The notes under the pieces are model-generated. The model had not been told where the DNA came from. It made no database searches and saw nothing but the letters and a program-made list of their open reading frames with translations. A program made the position numbers and the translations under genes. A stretch of DNA of 64,000 nt from an uncultured archaeon. GTDB lineage: Archaea; Asgardarchaeota; Thorarchaeia; Thorarchaeales; Thorarchaeaceae. Of this stretch, positions 58,723 through 64,000 are shown piece after piece (position 1 is the stretch's first letter; every line of letters starts with the position of its first letter). The stretch is taken from NCBI GenBank assembly GCA_964558645.1, contig CAZLEV010000008.1, positions 102,831-166,830 on the forward strand, read 5' to 3'.

Positions 58723-59245
58723 ATGGCGAAGAAGACAATGAAGCCGCGATTCGTGCAGCTGACCGGGGCACGGTTCAGGTTCCTGCGGGACTATAGACGG
58801 GGTGAGTCCCTGAGGCACAACGAGCTGGTTCTGGTGGATCCGAGGTCGGTTTTCTCCTTCGTGGTGGCTGAGGGCCCCGTCTGAGAGGGGGGAAGAAGGT
58901 TTATTGTGGGTGCGCATCACTCCTAACGTCATGCGGTCGGAGCTCAGACAGGAGTGGGACGGGGCCGACAGGCCGGAACAGGTGGAGATACTGCGCCAGT
59001 TAGCCCATGATCCATCCGCGCACTTCGAGCTGTTCAGGGAGTTGCTGGCGGAGTTCATAGGGCCGGGCACGCTGGATGTCGAGGGCTGGTCTGAGACCGC
59101 TGTGGAGTAGGCACTGATTCTTGGAGAGAAGGACAATCTCACCATCACCTTCAGGAACGACAGGCACGAGGTCACTGTGGCCACCTATCCTGACGGGTTC
59201 GGCTGGAAGTTCCTGGCACATGCCATCGTGACAGGCGAGTGGTAG
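58723..59245 (+). pseudogene. Interrupted hypothetical gene (frameshift near 58875-58885 and amber at 59108)
   Basis: MAKKTMKPRF... continues after a frame change into WVRITPNV...TAVE*, then in frame ALILGEKD...TGEW*. Confidence 0.55.
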
Positions 59246-59315
59246 CGTTCGTATGTAGACCGGGAGCCTCGACTACATGGGTGGGGCTTAAAGGGGGCGG
59301 TCAACACGGGAGAGC

Positions 59316-60101
59316 ATGAGGACAGTTGTTGAGGGACAGACTGCGGGGCTTGAGTTCATCGGGCGGTTGAAGGTGCGGCGATTCGCTGGCATCATCACGG
59401 GGCTGGAGAAACTCCTGCATGAGGGCATCTTCAGGCTGGATGCTGAGGGGGTACACCTCTCCCAGTTGAACTCTGAACGCACCTGCTACATCGGTGTGGC
59501 CATCCCTGCGGGCTGGTTCAGGGAGTACATGATCAAGGAAGAACGGACAGTGGCTGTCGGCCTGTCTGAGCTGAAGAACGCGCTGAATCTCTGTACCAAT
59601 CTGCTGAGCATCCGCATCGGGGAGAGCATGCTGGAGGTCGAGGGCGAGGACGGAGTCGGAAGGGTCACCCTGCTTGATGGCTCTCTGGAGCCAGCCAAGG
59701 CCCCACGGCTCAAGCACGAGGCGCGCATCCGGATGACGGGCAGGGCGTTCAGGTCGATGCTGCAGAGCAAGAAGCAGTTCGACTATGCGTATATGATTAC
59801 GAACACAGAGGGGGACTTCTCCTTCGTGTACACTGGTGAGAGTGGCGAGGATGAGACCGTTGTTCTGCATAGGAGCGAGGGACTGCTCAGTGTGGAGAAC
59901 CTTGGGTTCCGCGAGGAAGAGGGGGCCAATCTGGAGTATCGCGAGGTCAAGGCGTTCTACTCCCTGCGGCTGCTCGATCTGGTGAGCCCGTTCGTGCCTG
60001 ATACCCTGCAGGTCACACTGGAGTATGCCACTGAGCAGCCGCTGGTTGCTCGGACCGAGAAGGTCACGCTGGCCATGGCACCCAGGGTCGAACGGAGATA
60101 G
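59316..60101 (+). CDS. pcn: Divergent PCNA (DNA sliding clamp) homolog, element-encoded
   Basis: EGIFRLDAEGVHL...IPAGWFREY...VAVGLSELKNAL, FYSLRLL, and EQPL...LAMAPRVE match the PCNA pattern end to end. Confidence 0.82.
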   Translation: MRTVVEGQTAGLEFIGRLKVRRFAGIITGLEKLLHEGIFRLDAEGVHLSQLNSERTCYIGVAIPAGWFREYMIKEERTVAVGLSELKNALNLCTNLLSIRIGESMLEVEGEDGVGRVTLLDGSLEPAKAPRLKHEARIRMTGRAFRSMLQSKKQFDYAYMITNTEGDFSFVYTGESGEDETVVLHRSEGLLSVENLGFREEEGANLEYREVKAFYSLRLLDLVSPFVPDTLQVTLEYATEQPLVARTEKVTLAMAPRVERR

Positions 60102-60480
60102 AATCTCAGCTCATGTGCTCTATGAGGCCTAAATACACGGCAACGGTTCAGGTAGCCAAGGCGTGTGGCCCTAGAGGATATGTTCCCATTTCACGTAATC
60201 GAGGTTCCTCGTGATGATGTGAATTACACCTTGTGTGGGTCATGAGTCCTGATTTCATATTCTGTTCAAGTATCCCGCATGATTAGTGAGCTTACCTTCC
60301 ATCCGCGAGTCGTATGTATTCCATGAGCTCACATCTCATACGAGGCCTGCCGATAGTATTTTGAACCCTTTATCCAGAAGGCTGACTGTCATGACTGTTG
60401 AACGGGGAAGTACCGCGGGATTAGCGGGGAGATCGAGATGACGGTTTGGTCCCTGCATATACCAAGTCGAGGAGTGACGG

Positions 60481-61608
60481 ATGGGTCACGAAGGTCTGGA
60501 TACTTTGATTGGACGGCTAATCAAGCAACGGGGAGTTGACCCCAGACTTGACAAAGCTATAGACGTTATTGAAGACAATAGAGTGTCAGCAGTGAAATTC
60601 CAGAAAGACAATGCCGAGCTGGCTGCGGGAATTGCTGAGGCAACGGAACGTCTTCTGGCGATAGCTGACCTTCGACAGAGTGAGCAACTACCCTATGATG
60701 CATACTTGGCTGAGGAGTTCTTCACCAAAGTGGCAGTAGATGCGACACAAGGAATGCCTGAACAAGCCGAATTCATTGTATTCAGTGGAGAATGTGATGA
60801 CGCAGTGCCTATACGATCAGATGAGAATATTGTGGTTGTAGAAACATCCTACATGAAAACACACAGATTGGCTGACTGCTACATGGTGATGCATGAAATT
60901 GGGCATGTGCCCTTTGATTTCTATCTCAGATACCACGATAGCATTCCGCAGCTTGTTTCGGAGATCAGTGATGACATTTTGAAAGCGAGAGATGGGAGCA
61001 CGAGTGATATCACTGTCGATTCCCTCTCTCTTCTCATCAGGTGTTGGATGTCAGAGTACTTTGCAGATGCATTCGCAGTCTTGAGAGGAGGCCCCGATTG
61101 CGCTTTAAGATTCCATCGAGAGGGTCGGTCTCTTGGCGTTCCCCCTGAGCTTGGCTCCAATTCCCATCCTCCTGATGGTCTGCGATATTCCCATATGCGC
61201 AAGCGGTGCTTGAAACTAGCAGGGCCTTCTTTGCACAAGATGGTCCAGGAGCTACGAAAAACGAAGGTTCCTTCGCGCTACGTACTACCAACTGAAGACT
61301 TCCTCAAGAGGGCAAAGCAGAATCCAAGGTACAACTACGATGTGTTGATGGGTCTTGAAGAGAGCCGTATTTCAGAGAAACTGGCCTTTGATAACGCGAT
61401 AACAGAAACGCTGCAGAGGAGGACCAATCTCATTCTACAGTGGGCCGGGGTAGAACCAGACTACGCCGGTATGTGGGAAGCAACTCAATCGTTGCTGGAT
61501 AGGAGCGTACCAGATTGTGACAAAGACACCCTCTTTGGAGCCTATCTCATGGCAGAGAGGATGAAGCCTGATGCGGCATTGCAGAGCATGATTCTGAAAA
61601 CTCATTGA
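60481..61608 (+). CDS. HExxH zinc metallopeptidase-like protein (M48/U49 Lit-like motif set)
   Basis: MHEIGHV, SEYFADAFA and SHPPDGLR; no signal peptide; GAGGAG upstream. Confidence 0.7.
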   Translation: MGHEGLDTLIGRLIKQRGVDPRLDKAIDVIEDNRVSAVKFQKDNAELAAGIAEATERLLAIADLRQSEQLPYDAYLAEEFFTKVAVDATQGMPEQAEFIVFSGECDDAVPIRSDENIVVVETSYMKTHRLADCYMVMHEIGHVPFDFYLRYHDSIPQLVSEISDDILKARDGSTSDITVDSLSLLIRCWMSEYFADAFAVLRGGPDCALRFHREGRSLGVPPELGSNSHPPDGLRYSHMRKRCLKLAGPSLHKMVQELRKTKVPSRYVLPTEDFLKRAKQNPRYNYDVLMGLEESRISEKLAFDNAITETLQRRTNLILQWAGVEPDYAGMWEATQSLLDRSVPDCDKDTLFGAYLMAERMKPDAALQSMILKTH

Positions 61609-61797
61609 AGTTGGTTTCTTAACCTTCTCCATAGATGTGGGGCTGGGAGGAGAGTCATCCCAGATATATTTCGATGTATAGTCTACATAAGTGACACCTC
61701 ATAGAGCCTCCATCAGACAGCAGTTTATCTATTTGTCAATATCCACTCTCCAGAAACGAATCGAATCCACGCATTGAAAAATAGCAGGCCACGGGCG

Positions 61798-62971
61798 ATG
61801 TTTGGACGGACTGAGATTGAGCTTCCAAGTGACTTCTAGTTCTTCCAGGAGTTCGTATGCGAATTGTCCTCGAATTCAGAAAGTGGTCGACGTTAAGGAT
61901 GAGATAGTCCAAATGGTATACAGGATGCAATACGTGTGGTTCGGAGAGTCAATCAACACCAAGAAACACAAATACTATCCCTTCAAGCTGGATGATAGTG
62001 GGTTCCTTGAAAGGAAACTTCTAGCAAACGCTTTGCAGATGGATGTGTCTTCAGTGTCTTATGAAAGGAGAGTAGAACGGCGTAGACAAATGAAAAGTGA
62101 ACTAGAGTGTCTTGGTGATGCAGCAAAGATAATCCAGCTAATGAACCAGAGAATTGGAGATACAGATAGAGGCTGGTTCTATCTAGAGCAAGATGAGAGG
62201 AAGAAACTCATTGGAGAAATAAGTAGTCTTGCCGGAGAGCTTATGAAGAAGAGCGAGTGTGGGGAACTCACGGATGAAATCCATAATCTTGGTCGTACTG
62301 TATTTGACTCTGCACGTCCTAGACGAGGTGGAAGGACGCCTTGGGATTCCCTTCAGTGGTGGACCGAAGAACACAGGCAGGAGTTAGAAACCTCCTGTGA
62401 AGTGACCTAGTTAGTCATCAAGGCGCGCATGAAGGATCTCGTGAACAAGATTGGCAAGACTCCCCTTCTCCCGTGCAACCCCCACGAGGTTCTTGAAGGT
62501 CTGTTTCCTAAGCACTATGACAGCCTTGAGGGCACCATCACTAAGTCCGATATGGATAGACTCGGCAGCTACAAAGACCAGGACATTCGGGATAAGCTTG
62601 CTCGGATTCTGCTCCAATCCGACATCGTACCAGCGGCAGAGAAGACTCGAATAGATGATCTATCCACACGCCCTCACAGCGGCTATGAAATCTCAGACTT
62701 CGAGATAGAAGTTCAGCTGGAGGACAGTAGATACCGGGTGGATTTTGTCATCAAAAGCGCCGCTGAAAAGAAGAACAAGCTCAATGAGGCCGATCTATGG
62801 TATCAGATATCGCGGCCCTTAGACCGCGGCTCTGACCTAGTTGTCCTCATCTCGTATGCAGATCTGACAATCCCATTAAAGAACACATTCCGAAGACACG
62901 GGGGTAAGGCTCGATACATCGTTGGAAAGGAGCTGGCCTTACTGTTCAAGAATTACTCAGAACTTGACTAG
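61798..62971 (+). pseudogene. Interrupted gene with C-terminal PD-(D/E)xK restriction-endonuclease-like domain
   Basis: ORFs 61802..62410 and 62429..62971 share a frame and are separated only by TAG 62408-62410. EISDF...VDFVIKS...YQI motif. A plausible ATG at 61798 has a further TAG (61837) and a frame change. Confidence 0.55.
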
Positions 62972-63214
62972 TACCTACTGCGGAATACCTTATCGTCCAT
63001 CTGAGGAACACCGCGAGAAAGCCTTTCCTCGTACAGAAGGCGTATTTGAGTGCGCAGACCGGAGTTTCTGATAGATGATTGAGCTTCGGGAGTAGCCGGA
63101 TGGTTGACAGTCAGGACTAACCGCTGAAGCTCAACAGGAGAGCCGTTCGAGAGCGGGTTTCTGTATTCTATATCATTCTGCCCGAAACACGGCGGATTGC
63201 ATGCCGAGTACTCT

Positions 63215-64000
63215 TTACCATCCAGAGGTCCTGTAGGTGCCCATTCCAACCAGATGAGAACCCTTTTCCTCATACATCCGGTCGAGTTCCCGCCTCTTGA
63301 CCTGCCGATCTGATGCACCAACACGCACCATAATCCCCCGATTCTTCAGAATATAGGGTCTATCTTTTCCCTTGGGAACCTCCACCAGCGTGACCAGCTG
63401 TCCTTCCACATCAATGTCCTCGGTGACCGTTATCTTGGGGATAGGGTCACAGAGATCGCCTATTCTGTCTCTTAGAACCTTCTCCGCGTCGCCGCTCCAA
63501 CCGCATACTCGTGCGTTATCATCCACTCCGACTAGGAGAAAACCACCATCTGTGTTTGCAAACGCCGTTATGCTCTCCAAATACTCGCCTTCCTTTGACG
63601 TATCAAGTGTCCTCTTGTACTCGACATTGGGCCCCTCTCCTCTCTCAATCAATTGCAGCACCTGACTTGCGGAGTCAACCATGACTACATCATCACTGGG
63701 TGCACCTGTCAGGCTGAAAGACCGTCTGTCTATCTTATCACCTGCTGATGATGACATCAAAACAACATCAACGGACCGTGGTCTTCTCGGGCAACGTACT
63801 CTGCAGTTCCACCCTTCACAGTCAGGTTGCCTGAGGTTCCCGTTTCTTCTTCATACCTGATGAATAGCTTGACTCTGATACCATCCTCTTGAGCCTCCAA
63901 GGTGTCTACGTCCACGAGTATCTTTTCCCCATCAACACGAACCTGAACCAATCGCGCCCTGAAATCCGGCATGAAGAGGTCGATGTTCTCCGGGTTTGCA
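63215..64000 (-). pseudogene. Protein with C-terminal Schlafen/AlbA_2 domain, frameshifted near 63790 (5' part beyond window)
   Basis: GEGPNVEYK, ITAFANTDGGFLLVGVDD and VEVPKG..RPY...RVG motifs. The upstream ORF reads into PRRPRSVDVVLMSS in the AlbA_2 frame after one frame change. Confidence 0.7.

Larger units (their letters stand above)
54500..64000. mobile_element. Decaying integrated element / defence island (right end beyond the window, left boundary approximate)
   Basis: Housekeeping genes stop abruptly; mosaic of GC-rich and AT-richer ORFs; divergent PCNA; defence-like domains; many frameshifts and nonsense codons. No integrase or att site seen. Confidence 0.65.

Noticed and set aside
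1-64000. CRISPR array, tRNA or rRNA genes
   Set aside because: No regularly spaced direct repeats, T-loop/cloverleaf pattern or rRNA-like sequence was seen by eye. A short tRNA could still have been missed.
1-64000. Genome-wide TAG reassignment
   Set aside because: Conserved genes (metG, uvrB, uvrC, ferredoxin and the island PCNA) end at TAG exactly where their families end.

Overview
This is a gene-dense archaeal chromosome segment, most likely from an Asgard archaeon of the Thorarchaeia type. That assignment is inferred from gene content and from the giant surface-protein family, not from a marker gene. Positions 1 to ~54.5 kb are mostly intact host genes. They include an ATP-dependent DNA ligase (partial), queD and mptA/folE2, metG, several hydrolases, msrB, MTAP, a PRMT-like methyltransferase and a RecJ-like DHH nuclease. 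Four host loci stand out: (1) two tandem paralogous single-pass surface proteins of ~1560 and ~1755 aa, each with a cytoplasmic longin/roadblock-like domain; (2) a uvrB-uvrA-uvrA-uvrC operon with two full-length UvrA paralogs; (3) a coiled-coil protein with a SNARE-like heptad; (4) two tiny Asp/Glu/Trp-rich ORFs missed by the ORF track, flanking a very basic ChrB_N/PaaX-like gene at 44.2-45.5 kb, one with its own Shine-Dalgarno site, structured leader and terminator. From ~54.5 kb to the end lies a foreign, decaying island. It carries an intact divergent PCNA, defence-like genes (HEPN-like, HExxH peptidase, restriction-like nuclease, AlbA_2) and many frameshifts and in-frame stops. No rRNA, tRNA, CRISPR array, integrase or transposase was recognised. 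All family calls come from reading motifs by eye, not from database searches.
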